DNA of 64,000 nucleotides from Antedon mediterranea. Its lineage: Eukaryota; Animalia; Echinodermata. Shown piece after piece: positions 34,630 to 48,198 of this stretch. The stretch lies in NCBI RefSeq assembly GCF_964355755.1, contig NC_092673.1:26905648-26969647 (forward strand), written 5' to 3'. Below the pieces are notes generated by a model. That model worked only from the letters and a program-made list of their open reading frames with translations, did not search any database and was not told the origin of the DNA. Made by a program: the position numbers and the translations under genes. Position 1 is the stretch's first letter. Every line of letters begins with the position of its first letter.

Positions 34630-37600
34630 AATTTCTTTGCTGGCTACTTTGTGACTTCCCTTAGATTCATTTACTTTAACTGCTTTCTTTGCTGGCTACT
34701 TTGTGACTTCCCTTAGATTCATTTACTTTAACTGCTTTCTTTGCTGGCTACTTTGTGACTTCCCTTAGATTCATTTACTTTAACTGCTTTCTTTATGATG
34801 GCTACTTTGTGACTTCCCTTAGATTCATTTACTTTAACTGCTTTCTTTGCTGGCTACTTTGTGACTTCCCTTAGATTCATTTACTTTAACTGCTTTCTTT
34901 GCTGGCTACTTTGTGACTTCCCTTAGATTCATTTACTTTAACTGCTTTCTTTATGATGGCTACTTTGTGACTTCCCTTAGATTCATTTACTTTAACTGCT
35001 TTCTTTGCTGGCTACTTTGTGACTTCCCTTAGATTCATTTACTTTAACTGCTTTCTTTGCTGTCTACTTTGTGACTTCACTTAGCCTCATTTACTTTAAC
35101 TGCTTTCTTTGCTGGCTACTTTGTGACTTCCCTTAGATTCATTTACTTTAACTGCTTTCTTTGCTGGCTTTACTTTGTGACTTTTCTTTTACTCTATTAC
35201 TTTTTGCTTTGAAACTGATTTCTTTATGATGGCTATTTTGTGACTTCACTTAGCCTCATTTACTTTAACTGATTTCTTTATGATTGGTACTTTGTGACTT
35301 TACTTAGCCTCATTTACTTTAACTGCTTTCTTTGCTGGCTATACTTTGTGACTTTTCTTTTACTCTATTACTTTTTGCTTTGAAACTGATTTCTTTATGA
35401 TGGCTATTTTGTGACTTTACTTAGCCTCATTTACTTTAACTGCTTTCTTTGCTGGCTATACTTTGTGACTTTTCTTTTACTCTATTACTTTTTGCTTTAA
35501 ACTAGTGTTTTATAGTTAATAGTATAGGCCCTAATAGTAATACAGTATATAACCTTAGGACACTTCTATCCAGGGAAACAATATATCCATAGTATTTGTT
35601 CATGTATTTGTATGTGTTTATGTACGGGGAGCCATTCATGACACAGAAAATCATTCTATTCGGACTACAATATGTTCATGTTCTAAATTAGCAATGTCCT
35701 AAGCGGTGCCCCGTATATAGATATAATGATATTGCTGTACTATACTTTTGACCAAAGCACCTTGCATTGTCCAATGTATATAGATTCGTTTAAATCATTG
35801 GTTTGTTCAAGAGTAAGTCGCCTGTTAAATCACTCATGTAGCATATAGGCTAAATTCCAAAGAAAATATTTTGCAAGTCTCTCTGAATTGTTCTCCCAAC
35901 ACACTATTCTTATGTTTAGCTAATACACTGACAAGCAGAAATATATTTGTATAAACAAGATATATTTCTTACAAAAAACGCCGCTCGACTTTATGACGTA
36001 ACATTGTTGTTAACTATAGTATACTGTACACACTGGGGTAGAGGCGTTACTCCATAATGCCTCTACATACCCCGACATTCCTGTAAAAAAAAATTCCAAT
36101 TTCCTAGTCGTTATTATTATTATTACTTTTTGCGTTTAAACTGATTTCTATACGATGGCTACTTTGTGACTTTACTTGAGCCTCATTTACTTTAACTGCT
36201 TTCTTTGCTATCTTCTTTGTTACTTTACTCAGCCTCATTTACTTTAACTGTTTTCTTTGCTGGTTACTTTGTGACTTTACTTGAGCCTCATTTACTTTAA
36301 CTGCTTTCTTTGCTGGCTACTTTGTGACTTTACTTGAGCCTCATTTACTTTAACTGCTTTCTTTGCTGGCTACTTTGTGACTTTACTTAGCCTCATTTAC
36401 TTTAACTGCTTTCTTTGCTGGCTACTTTGTGACTTTACTCAGCCTCATTTACTTTAACTGCTTTCTTTGCTGGCTACTTTGTGACTTTACTTGAGCCTCA
36501 TTTACTTTAACTGCTTTCTTTGCTGGCTACTTTGTGACTTTACTTGAGCCTCATTTACTTTAACTGCTTTCTTTGCTGGTTACTTTGTGACTTTACTTGA
36601 GCCTCATTTACTTTAACTGCTTTCTTTGCTGGCTACTTTGTGACTTCCCTTAGATTCATTTACTTTAACTGCTTTCTTTGCTGGCTACTTTGTGACTTCC
36701 CTTAGATTCATTTACTTTAACTGCTTTCTTTGCTGGCTACTTTGTGACTTCCCTTAGATTCATTTACTTTAACTGCTTTCTTTATGATGGCTACTTTGTG
36801 ACTTCCCTTAGATTCATTTACTTTAACTGCTTTCTTTGCTGGCTACTTTGTGACTTCCCTTAGATTCATTTACTTTAACTGCTTTCTTTGCTGGCTACTT
36901 TGTGACTTCCCTTAGATTCATTTACTTTAACTGCTTTCTTTATGATGGCTACTTTGTGACTTCCCTTAGATTCATTTACTTTAACTGCTTTCTTTGCTGG
37001 CTACTTTGTGACTTCCCTTAGATTCATTTACTTTAACTGCTTTCTTTGCTGTCTACTTTGTGACTTCACTTAGCCTCATTTACTTTAACTGCTTTCTTTG
37101 CTGGCTACTTTGTGACTTCCCTTAGATTCATTTACTTTAACTGCTTTCTTTGCTGGCTTTACTTTGTGACTTTTCTTTTACTCTATTACTTTTTGCTTTG
37201 AAACTGATTTCTTTATGATGGCTATTTTGTGACTTCACTTAGCCTCATTTACTTTAACTGATTTCTTTATGATTGGTACTTTGTGACTTTACTTAGCCTC
37301 ATTTACTTTAACTGCTTTCTTTGCTGGCTATACTTTGTGACTTTTCTTTTACTCTATTACTTTTTGCTTTGAAACTGATTTCTTTATGATGGCTATTTTG
37401 TGACTTTACTTAGCCTCATTTACTTTAACTGCTTTCTTTGCTGGCTATACTTTGTGACTTTTCTTTTACTCTATTACTTTTTGCTTTAAACTAGTGTTTT
37501 ATAGTTAATAGTATAGGCCCTAATAGTAATACAGTATATAACCTTAGGACACTTCTATCCAGGGAAACAATATATCCATAGTATTTGTTCATGTATTTGT

Positions 37601-39800
37601 ATGTGTTTATGTACGGGGAGCCATTCATGACACAGAAAATCATTCTATTCGGACTACAATATGTTCATGTTCTAAATTAGCAATGTCCTAAGCGGTGCCC
37701 CGTATATAGATATAATGATATTGCTGTACTATACTTTTGACCAAAGCACCTTGCATTGTCCAATGTATATAGATTCGTTTAAATCATTGGTTTGTTCAAG
37801 AGTAAGTCGCCTGTTAAATCACTCATGTAGCATATAGGCTAAATTCCAAAGAAAATATTTTGCAAGTCTCTCTGAATTGTTCTCCCAACACACTATTCTT
37901 ATGTTTAGCTAATACACTGACAAGCAGAAATATATTTGTATAAACAAGATATATTTCTTACAAAAAACGCCGCTCGACTTTATGACGTAACATTGTTGTT
38001 AACTATAGTATACTGTACACACTGGGGTAGAGGCGTTACTCCATAATGCCTCTACATACCCCGACATTCCTGTAAAAAAAATTCCAATTTCCCAGTCGTT
38101 ATTATTATTATTACTTTTTGCGTTTAAACTGATTTCTATACGATGGCTACTTTGTGACTTTACTTGAGCCTCATTTACTTTAACTGCTTTCTTTGCTATC
38201 TTCTTTGTTACTTTACTCAGCCTCATTTACTTTAACTGTTTTCTTTGCTGGTTACTTTGTGACTTTACTTGAGCCTCATTTACTTTAACTGCTTTCTTTG
38301 CTGGCTACTTTGTGGCTTTACTTGAGCCTCATTTACTTTAACTGCTTTCTTTGCTGGCTACTTTGTGACTTTACTTAGCCTCATTTACTTTAACTGCTTT
38401 CTTTGCTGGCTACTTTGTGACTTTACTCAGCCTCATTTACTTTAACTGCTTTCTTTGCTGGCTACTTTGTGACTTTACTTGAGCCTCATTTACTTTAACT
38501 GCTTTCTTTGCTGGCTACTTTGTGACTTTACTTGAGCCTCATTTACTTTAACTGCTTTCTTTGCTGGTTACTTTGTGACTTTACTTGAGCCTCATTTACT
38601 TTAACTGCTTTCTTTGCTGGCTACTTTGTGACTTTACTTAGCCTCATTTACTTTAACTGCTTTCTTTGCTGGCTACTTTGTGACTTTTCTTAGCCTCATT
38701 TACTTTAACTGCTTTCTTTGCTGGCTACTTTGTGACTTTACTTGAGCCTCATTTACTTTAACTGCTTTCTGTGCTGGCTACTTTGTGACTTTACTTAGCC
38801 TCATTTACTTTAACTGCTTTCTTTGCTGGCTACTTTGTGACTTTACTTAGCCTCATTTACTTTAACTGCTTTCTTTGCTGGCTACTTTGTGACTTTACTT
38901 GAGCCTCATTTACTTTAACTGCTTTCTTTGCTGGCTACTTTGTGACTTTACTTAGCCTCATTTACTTTAACTGCTTTCTTTGCTGGCTACTTTGTGACTT
39001 TACTTAGCCTCATTTACTTTAACTGCTTTCTTTGCTGGCTACTTTGTGACTTTACTTAGCCTCATTTGCTTTAACTGCTTTTTTTGCTGGCTATACTTTG
39101 TGACTTTTCTTCTACTCTATTACTTTTTGCTTTTAAACTGATTTCTATATGATGGCTACTTTGTGACTTTACTTGAGCCTCGTTTACTTTAACTGCTTTC
39201 TTTGCTGTCTACTTTGTGACTTTTCTTGAGCTTCATTTGCTTTAACTGCTTTCTTTGCTGGCTACTTTGTGACTTTACTTGAGCCTCATTTACTTTAACT
39301 GCTTTCTGTGCTGGCTACTTTGTGACTTTACTTAGCCTCATTTACTTTAACTGCTTTCTTTGCTGGCTACTTTGTGACTTTACTTAGCCTCATTTACTTT
39401 AACTGCTTTCTTTGCTGGCTACTTTGTGACTTTACTTGAGCCTCATTTACTTTAACTGCTTTCTTTGCTGGCTACTTTGTGACTTTACTTAGCCTCATTT
39501 ACTTTAACTGCTTTCTTTGCTGGCTACTTTGTGACTTTACTTAGCCTCATTTACTTTAACTGCTTTCTTTGCTGGCTACTTTGTGACTTTACTTAGCCTC
39601 ATTTGCTTTAACTGCTTTTTTTGCTGGCTATACTTTGTGACTTTTCTTCTACTCTATTACTTTTTGCTTTTAAACTGATTTCTATATGATGGCTACTTTG
39701 TGACTTTACTTGAGCCTCGTTTACTTTAACTGCTTTCTTTGCTGTCTACTTTGTGACTTTTCTTGAGCTTCATTTGCTTTAACTGCTTTCTTTGCTGGCT
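34630..39800. repeat. 52/53-bp satellite arrays (about 34630-35500, 36155-37490, 38143-39800) separated by duplicated unique spacers
   Basis: Unit GCTGGCTACTTTGTGACTT(CCCTTAGATT|TACTT(G)AGCCT)CATTTACTTTAACTGCTTTCTTT; 1989-bp tandem duplication (35501 vs 37490); 537-bp higher-order repeat (39061 vs 39598). Confidence 0.95.
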
Positions 39801-39971
39801 CTTTGTATTTTTATTTGAGCTTTATTTGCTTTTTCAACTGATTTATTTGCCATAGCTAGTACTTTTGGGTTTGTTTGAGCCTTATTTGCTTTTGAACTGA
39901 TTTATTTGCTATGGGTCTGTTTCTGCTGCATAACGCAATTTAACCGGTTATTTTAAAATAGATTAAAAATA

Positions 39972-41308
39972 GGTCGTGTTTATACAACACCCTAAATTTG
40001 AACACGGCTTAAATTTTTAGCGTGTTGTTCGGACCGAGGTCAACCCACCTTAACGTTTGCTGTTATACTAGAAATCACGATACCGTGTTGTACCGGAAGT
40101 TTCATCAACACGCAGTGCATGCTAGGATAAAAGGTCAAATCGTTGATCGCTTGAATTGAATTGTTGGCTGGGTTGTTGTCAACAAATCATCGTCGCCTCC
40201 TCGCTGTCCGATGTATTCGCGCGGTTTTTACCATTTTCATTATTGTATTCGTTCACGTTTGCATTGTTGTTTATTTTGTTCTCGGTTCATTTAAATTAAT
40301 AAAAGTTATTTTAAGGGTTTCATTGTTTCATCTATACACTATGGAAGAAGATGCCATTTTTGCGATGTTATTTTTTATTCTGTTTGGAGTGGGAAACGAT
40401 AGTCTATCTATAGAGGCCTACTACCACTACGAGTTGGCCCTACCAGGCTAGGCGTAAGACGTGGTAGGAGGATGATTGCTGGCAGCGAAGCAGCAATAAA
40501 TGGGCCCAATCTTGTTAGACGTCGCCCATAGGGCGCGTTTATACAACACGCTATTACACGCATATTCTACACGCCTACGAGAAGTGTGTTGTATAACAAC
40601 AAAGAGATTCCGTGTAATGAGATTTTAATTGCAAAAAAGGCTACTTGGCTGAATCCTAAAATTTGGTGGATTCCCGGTCGCCGTTACCGTGTTGGAAGTG
40701 TCCTCAGGGTATATTTTGACCTCTCGTTAAAACAGGTCGTAATATCAATCATGTCATGCGACGTCTAACAAGATTGGGCCCATTTATTGCTGCTTCGCTG
40801 CCAGCAATCATCCTCCTACCACGTCTTACGCCTAGCCTGGTAGGGCCAACTCGTAGTGGTAGTAGGCCTCTATAGACTATCGTTTCCCACTCCAAACAGA
40901 ATAAAAAATAACATCGCAAAAATGGCATCTTCTTCCATAGTGTATAGATGAAACAATGAAACAAACCCTTAAAATAACTTTTATTAATTTAAATGAACCG
41001 AGAACAAAATAAACAACAATGCAAACGTGAACGAATACAATAATGAAAACGGTAAAAACCGCGCGAATACATCGGACAGTGAGGAGGCGACGATGATTTG
41101 TTGACAACCCAGCCAACAATTCAATTCAAGCGATCAACGATTTGACCTTTTATCCTAGCATGCACTGCGTGTTGATGAAACTTCCGGTACAACACGGTAT
41201 CGTGATTTCTAGTATAACAGCAAACGTTAAGGTGGGTTGACCTCGGTCCGAACAACACGCTAAAAATTAAAGCCGTGTTCAAATTTAGGGTGTTGTATAA
41301 ACACGACC
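39972..41308. mobile_element. Palindromic element with about 550-bp near-perfect inverted arms
   Basis: Arms 39972-40525 and 40758-41308; termini GGTCGTGTTTATACAACAC; ATA on both flanks. Confidence 0.9.
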
Positions 41309-41728
41309 ATAGATAACAATAACAAGACCGCGTTTCTGCTCAATTTGTGCTCCGAAATAACCGGTTAAATCTATGGGTGGTCGTCGAGCAAAACGTCATC
41401 ATTACCCAAAATGCAATACACTCAGACGGAAGTAGAAGTTGGCTGTTTGTTTACATCGACGTCGTGAGTACACACGTGTGTATTATATCGCCGAACATCT
41501 CACTCAAACATGTTAAAAAAATAAAATGTTGTCTCCAGGTCTACAAGTTTTGTTTTTTGTAAAGCCTACTTACATCGCTAATAAAATTAATTCTCATGGC
41601 GCCTTCAAGAACATGATGGGGAGGGTCGTGCAGCGCCCGATCGCCTAAACTAGGATGATTTTTATCCTCAACAAAGGCGATGACATACGGCCCTTCCCAC
41701 GTGAACGACTGTTGTCTTTCGCGAGCGC

Positions 41729-42361
41729 GGTCCTACAAAACACCAAAACGGAAACAAAAACGAGACTCAGAATGTTGCAATACTTACCAAACGAGAGTAG
41801 ATAATTGTTAATTAATTATGAAAACCCAACTTTTATAGCAAAAATTGTCCGAATTTATGTTAAAAACGATGAGTTTAGCCACAAAAACTTAAATCAAACG
41901 AGAGTATCCAAGTCATAGAATATCGCACGCATATAGTGCCTTTAATAAAATAATGAGTATTGAACATTATTTCGTATATTATGTACTAACATAAATAATA
42001 ACACATTTCTATGCTTAATAAAATCATATTTAATATATTATCAAAGGCTCTGATTACCTTTGTTTTCGGTCGATGTGATGTTTTTCTAAAAAATAAAAAA
42101 ATAAAAAAAATTATATTATGTAAAACGATCAAAGTAAGAATGTTCATTGTTCTCCTATTAAAGGCACTAAGGGCGTGCCATAAATACGCTCGTTTGGATT
42201 AAGTTTTTGTTGCTAAATTCATCGTTTATAACATAAATTCGGATGATTTTTGCTATCAAATTTGGGTTTTCATAATTAATTAACCATTATCTACTATCGT
42301 TTGGTAGGTATTTGCAACATTCTGAGTTCCTTTTGTTTCCGTTTTGGTGTTTATATAGGAC
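41729..42361. repeat. Diverged foldback (inverted-repeat) element
   Basis: GGTCCTACAAAACACCAAAACGGAAACAAAA...CTCAGAATGTTGCAA is inverse to TTGCAACATTCTGAG...TTTTGTTTCCGTTTTGGTGTTTATATAGGACC. Confidence 0.7.
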
Positions 42362-42425
42362 CATCCATACCCTTCGCGAGCGTGTAGGCCTACTAACGCC
42401 TCAAATTGCTTAGCTTGGGTAGTCC

Positions 42426-42467
42426 CATGGAGTAAAGAATAAGAATAAGAATATTCTTTACTCCATG
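42426..42467. mobile_element. 42-bp hairpin micro-element with 7-bp TSD
   Basis: CATGGAGTAAAGAATA...TATTCTTTACTCCATG flanked by GTAGTCC on both sides. Confidence 0.78.
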
Positions 42468-44411
42468 GTAGTCCCCGGAACTCCACCCCAAACTCCTCTT
42501 TTACTTTCGCAAAAATGCTCTTATTTATTATCTGTGATTCTTTTCTATTGCCTGCCATCCTTCCCCGTACCTTCTCTCCCCCCACAACTGAATAACATAT
42601 CTTGTGATTTCATTCATCCACATACATGTTCACTTCTTCGTTCGACTGTCAAAACCACGAGGAAAACACACATCGTATGCGACGGTATCTGACCCGGGGT
42701 CACAACTGTCAATCAAATAACCGTTATTTCGTGTTGCAGCTAAGAATTGCTCAGCGATAACCGGTTAAACGGCGTTCTAACACCGATTTAAATTGGTGTT
42801 TTTAACCGGTTATTTTGCGCTGCCTTTTAACCGGTTACCACAAATGTGTCCTGTTTCTGCTGCCAAGAAAATGGAGTTAATTTATTCACACCGATTTTAA
42901 TTTATTCACACCGATTTTAACCGGTTATTTTTTATGCAGCAGAAACAGGCCCATATGGCTACTTTAAATTGTTTGTGCTTTTTGCTTTCACGTTGTAATA
43001 TTGAGCCTTGTGGATTCTCTCGTTACAAGGCCTATTTAAGAAATGTGCATGTTTTATATAAGTCATGTTTAGACACAATGTTTCAGTTTAAATAGAAATT
43101 CATTTTAGATGTTGTCTGCAATTATTATTTCAAATCTCATCATTCCTCTTCGTTTTTTCTTCTCTTTTCCGTTTAAAAATCTATTCATTTCCAGTATATC
43201 ACTGGGCGGTTAGAGTTTATCTATGCCTGTTATAAATATAATAGTTTTATGATGAAATAATAATTATAATTTATCAATTTTATTTCCAATTTCAGAATTG
43301 AATTTAATTGCAATAAGTAAAGTTGATTGATGAAACTGTTTAAAATCAAAAGACCAGTGGGTTGTAATTTGAAATTAAATCTGATAACCCACTGTATTGT
43401 TAATTTCATCATCTTTATTGTGACAAGAAGATACACAATCTATAAGTTAGCTTGTAACCCTTTCAAAATCGGCCTAATACCAGAATGAAATTCTTTGTTG
43501 ACTTCAGGAAATTAAGGGTGTTATACCGTTATTAGAGCACACACAAAAAGCACTTGGATAAAACGACATTGCAGATAAACTGAATGGCCGTGAAGAGATT
43601 TGTCAAGTTTAGAAGATTTTAATTAAACAATTTGAACAAATTGAAAGCCAAAAAAAAGAATTATTCAGAACTTCTAATTCATTTTCACTTCTTTTCAATT
43701 TGTATTATAAATCTGTAATTAAACTATCCGTACATATCATCCAATTTAGAATATTTAATTAAAATCACCCACTTTTTCCCAAAATAGTAAAACTCTTCAA
43801 AGGATTTTTTTTTAAAATTACGAATGAATTCTACAAAACCCAACCCGTCTCCGAACCTCATCTATACAATAATACTACAACTAAAACTTGTTTGGAAAGC
43901 ATCATCAGTACTTTCTAGTCGGTCAGTCAGTCATTCCAGTGGTATCGAAAGTGTATGGAACGCGTTGGTCTTATTAAATAAATGAATACAGGCTAAATGC
44001 ACCAATCTCGTCATCGGCGTATACGTACTCATTTTCTAACGAGCATCACAATGTTGTTGCTTATGTTTAAACTTGCGAAGTAGCTTTGCGCACGGGAGTT
44101 TCAGTTTATTGTTGATCTGAGGCCTTTAATTTATACTTGAACATATTTCGAAAATTAATATAGTGAGTATTACTGATACTGAATATAGTGGTAAACATCA
44201 TACAAATTAACATCTCAATTCTGTTATAGACCGACCTGGTTATTATATATATAAACTTTATTTAGACACGAGACTGATGTGCAGTACAACTCGTTCAATC
44301 AATATTGATTGTTTTTACACAAGTTCGTGATACTGTATTACAACAAAAAAATCAACACCATATAAATACGACAGAAACGAAAAAAATTGAAATTGAAAAG
44401 AAACAAAATTA

Positions 44412-44519
44412 CAGCAGAATTCCCTTCATCTGACACCTCTATTTAGGGTACACCATACCGGTACTTCCCGTGTAAACGGGAACCCTTATCGAAGTGTATA
44501 ATTTATTGAGATTCTACTG
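44412..44519. mobile_element. Tc1/mariner-type MITE
   Basis: TA|CAGCAGAAT...ATTCTACTG|TA. Confidence 0.55.
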
Positions 44520-44795
44520 TAATACATAATAAATCTTTTTGATTTCATTTACCTTAAAATAATAGTGATAAAACACACATTTTACATAGTATTTAGCCGT
44601 TTTAAAAGTTGGATGTACACCATTGTAGATTACCATACCATTATGTTTTACAATGCATTTTTCAGATTAGAAGAAAAAACTTATTTATGATCCTGTGGTA
44701 AAATCAGTGATGTAAATCCCAAAGGTGATCAATCTCTGACACTTAGGAATGTCAAGCTGATAAGTAGGAAGCATTTTGCCATTTTACTCCTAACT

Positions 44796-45121
44796 GTTTA
44801 AATCATTGGTTTGTTCAAGAGTAAGTCGCCTGTTAAATCACTCATGTAGGCATATAGGCTAAATTCCAAAGAAAATATTTTGCAAGTCTCTCTATAAATT
44901 GTTCTCCCAACGCACTATTCTTATGTCTAGCTAATACACTGACAAGCAGAAATATATTTGTATAAACAAGATATATTTCTTACAAAAAACGCCGCTCGAC
45001 TTTATGACGTAACATTGTTGTTAACTATAGTATACTGTACATACTGGGGTAGAGGCGTTACTCCATAATGCCTCTACATACCCCGACATTCCTGTAAAAA
45101 AAAAATCCAATTTCCCAGTCG
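44796..45121. repeat. About 325-bp dispersed repeat, also at 35788-36110 and 37777-38098
   Basis: GTTTAAATCATTGGTTTGTTCAAGAG...CCAATTTCCCAGTCG near-identical in three places; internal hairpin GTAGAGGCGTTA...TAATGCCTCTAC. Confidence 0.9.
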
Positions 45122-46855
45122 CCTACAAACGGTACTCACTAATCAAACAATTATTCATCTATACACACCATTCGCCCAAAATGTTTATCATAGAGAAAGG
45201 ATTGTTTTTACAATGATAAATTGACGTCCAAAAGGAAAACTGTGTTATTGAACAAGTCTTACTACTGTCTGCATACATCTCATAGACTCTCTTCTCCCAG
45301 ACGTGCTTTGGGGTTTGGCCATTTAAGAGTTTTTCAGCCCTAAAGTAAGTACAGGTACAGCTTATAATAAGCTTCAGCGCGTGATACAGTTTCCAAATAC
45401 TGTCGTCCTCTTGAAAATAACTGTCTTAAGGCGCAGGGAAAAATAATAATGTATTTATTTAAAATGTATTTAGAGAGGCCAGCCTTCCAACCTGCACGGC
45501 AGAAAATTATAAATATATCTATACATTTCACAAATTAAGATAAAATATGTTTGTTAAAGTTATTCAACTCAAACAAATTAATATTGGTCATTTTTTTAAA
45601 CAACAATACAATTCACTTTGAAGCACATAGCTTTTTTTGCAGACAGAATTAAACTATCTGATTATAATGATAAACCTCGGTCAATATTATAATTCCCTAT
45701 AGGCCTACATTATAAATAGAACATTCCATATAGATCCTTGAATTTGAACTGCACCGGTAATGTGACTAAGCTTAAACAAACGAAATTTTACCAAATTGAA
45801 ATAGCCTAATAATACTGTATAATTAATTTTTAAAAGTTTTTCTTTAAAATAAAAATGTGTACTCTGGATATGTGTAGTATATGAGTTTTATCTTGATTGT
45901 GAAGGTGGCGCATATATATAAACACAAACATCATTATATAGTAATATTGTATTTTTTATTGAAGATTCAGAGCCACCACCGCTAAATGTCACTTGAATGA
46001 TAATCAGCAACAGTCAAAGAGAGGTAGTGAATATAAGTCCTCAAACTTGGTTCCCATCTAAGACATAACGCAATGACGTAAGCGCAACGCAAGCGAGTTG
46101 ACAAATGACAGGGAACCGAACATTATTATGAATACCTTCGGCTTAGACTTCTTTTTAATGTTAGTTCCAACAGTCGGCATTTCAATGTTTGTGTTTCGGA
46201 ATCAAATATTACGTATGTTTCTTAAATGTTGTTTTCTACATGTTTCATTTATTTTTGTAAATGTTTTGAACGTTGTATATTTCTTTGGAAGAAAGGGTTT
46301 ATCATTGACGTAATCTTTCCCAGTATACAAGAAGTTACTAACAAATGCATATGTAATGTGAATCTTTTAATATAGTTGTATCTTTAATGGAAGAAAGTCC
46401 ACTTACGACTGTATTAATATTTGTGTGTCAATAGGCCTGTGGCTAAATATAAATAAAAGCAGTAGACTGATTATTGAATAACGATACAAAACAAGCCTGG
46501 AGCATGGAGAAGTATCATTTATTCGTATACCTCGTATAAGTAAAATTAAATTCATATACGTTCTTTAACCTTTGTAGTGGATTATTGGATTAGATTAAAT
46601 TATCAGATCGCGTCCGATAACGTCCAATAAACTGTATTCGATTGTACCCTTGAGTCACCTGTTAAGTCAACAAACAGACACTATGCAATGGGCGAAACAA
46701 TACTATACGCGAAAAGCAGTGTTCCGTGTAATATGGAATACCCAGCTCCGAGGTAGCTGCAGGTCATAGTACGTAAAAAAAATTGATGTTGTGATAACTC
46801 CCGTAAACCATCCAAATTTCGACATTAAGGCTTTAGCACAACATTAGGGAGAGAT

Positions 46856-46919
46856 GTATACACCAGCTCGTCCATTTTAGATTTATATATAAATCTAAAA
46901 TGGACGAGCTGGTGTATAC
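46856..46919. repeat. Perfect 64-bp palindrome
   Basis: GTATACACCAGCTCGTCCATTTTAGATTTATA|TATAAATCTAAAATGGACGAGCTGGTGTATAC. Confidence 0.92.
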
Positions 46920-47216
46920 TTACGTAAAATAGATTATACTAACATACAAATATATGACAAAGTAACTACTTAAAAGTATGAGAAGGTGAATATCATGCGT
47001 TTCTGCTCAAATAAAATGCTGGCCATAATTCCTTTTATTTGAATGATGTATTGTCTGTTGATTGTAAGATTCAATTATTATTACTATTCTAAATTTTTAT
47101 GTGCGTTATTTAAATATTTTATTATTCTTTCTATTGAATGTATTATCTATAGATTTAAGTCAATCGCAAAATGACAGTCTGTGTTTGCCATTTTTATTAT
47201 CAGTTTATAGGCATTG

Positions 47217-47450
47217 AGTCTCCACTAGCAACTTGCAAACTGAACAACGTCGAGTTTGGAAAAACAAGTTTTGTAAAGTTTGCTGAGACCAGTTTACGAA
47301 CTTCGGCAAACTGTTGTAGAAGCTAGGTCAGCCAGTCTCCACTAGCAACTTGCAAACTGAACAACGTCGAGTTTGGAAAAACAAGTTTTGTAAAGTTTGC
47401 TGAGACCAGTTTACGAACTTCGGCAAACTGTTGTAGAAGCTAGGTCAGCC
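47217..47450. repeat. 117-bp tandem duplication adjoining a MITE
   Basis: AGTCTCCACTAGCAACTTGCAAAC... at 47217 and 47334. Confidence 0.88.
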
Positions 47451-48198
47451 TGTCTACACTAGCAAACTTTGAAAGACAAGTTTAGTAAAGTTTGCGAACT
47501 GCAAGAAACTAGTTTGCAGAAGTTAGGCTTTGAAAAATATAGGTAAATTTCAATTTTGGAAAGAAAAGTTTTCTAAAGTTTGCTAGTGTACTAGATGCAG
47601 TTATTCTTTAGATTGAATAGCATGAATAGAAATACTGTGATTGGATTGGCCTAGTATACAAACCTCACCAAAGGTTTGTCAAGAAGATGCTGGCCTAACT
47701 TGTTTTCTGCAGTTTGACGAAGAACTTTTATAAACAAAATTAGCGAACCCTTTAACAAAGGTTTTGTAAAATGTGCTAGACTTTAAGTGAACCACCATTA
47801 GAATTATCCTAAGTAATAAGTTTTTTAAGATAGTATTAATAATGTATAGGCGTACCGAAAGCCTTCTGATATTTTTCAATATGTGTTTCATAATCTCTTA
47901 ATCTTATAAAGTGAAATATATTTAACTGATTTAATCGTATAACCTTCTGAAGATGTATCCGGGTTGGTTCATTTCCATCGTTGTTGATATCTAGTATTTA
48001 TTTTATATTTATTTATATCATTATCATGTACAAAAAAAGTACAATTAAAGCATTTAACATAACATCGTCTGGATATAATAGTCTCCTCGCAATCAGACAA
48101 CACTGGATTCTTAAAGTTGAGGTTTAGAAGTTTACTTGTACACAATCTTGCAAAATATTTTTAAATGTTAGCCACACTTTATCAGTTTGGCTAAATGG

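Larger units (their letters stand above)
39913..42952. mobile_element. Non-autonomous Harbinger-type element inserted at the decayed end of the satellite, hosting nested insertions
   Basis: TIRs GGGTCTGTTTCTGCTGCATAA / TTATGCAGCAGAAACAGGCCC; subterminal TAACCGGTTA repeats; satellite-like ATGGCTACTTT resumes after 42954. Confidence 0.82.

Noticed and set aside
34630-39800. Lys-rich repetitive protein on the minus strand of the satellite
   Set aside because: Units of 52/53 bp are not multiples of three and stops appear within about two units.
40161-41119. Paired membrane-protein ORFs 40161-40451 (+) and 40877-41119 (-)
   Set aside because: Mirror images within the palindrome arms, non-ATG starts, and frame-breaking indels between the arms.
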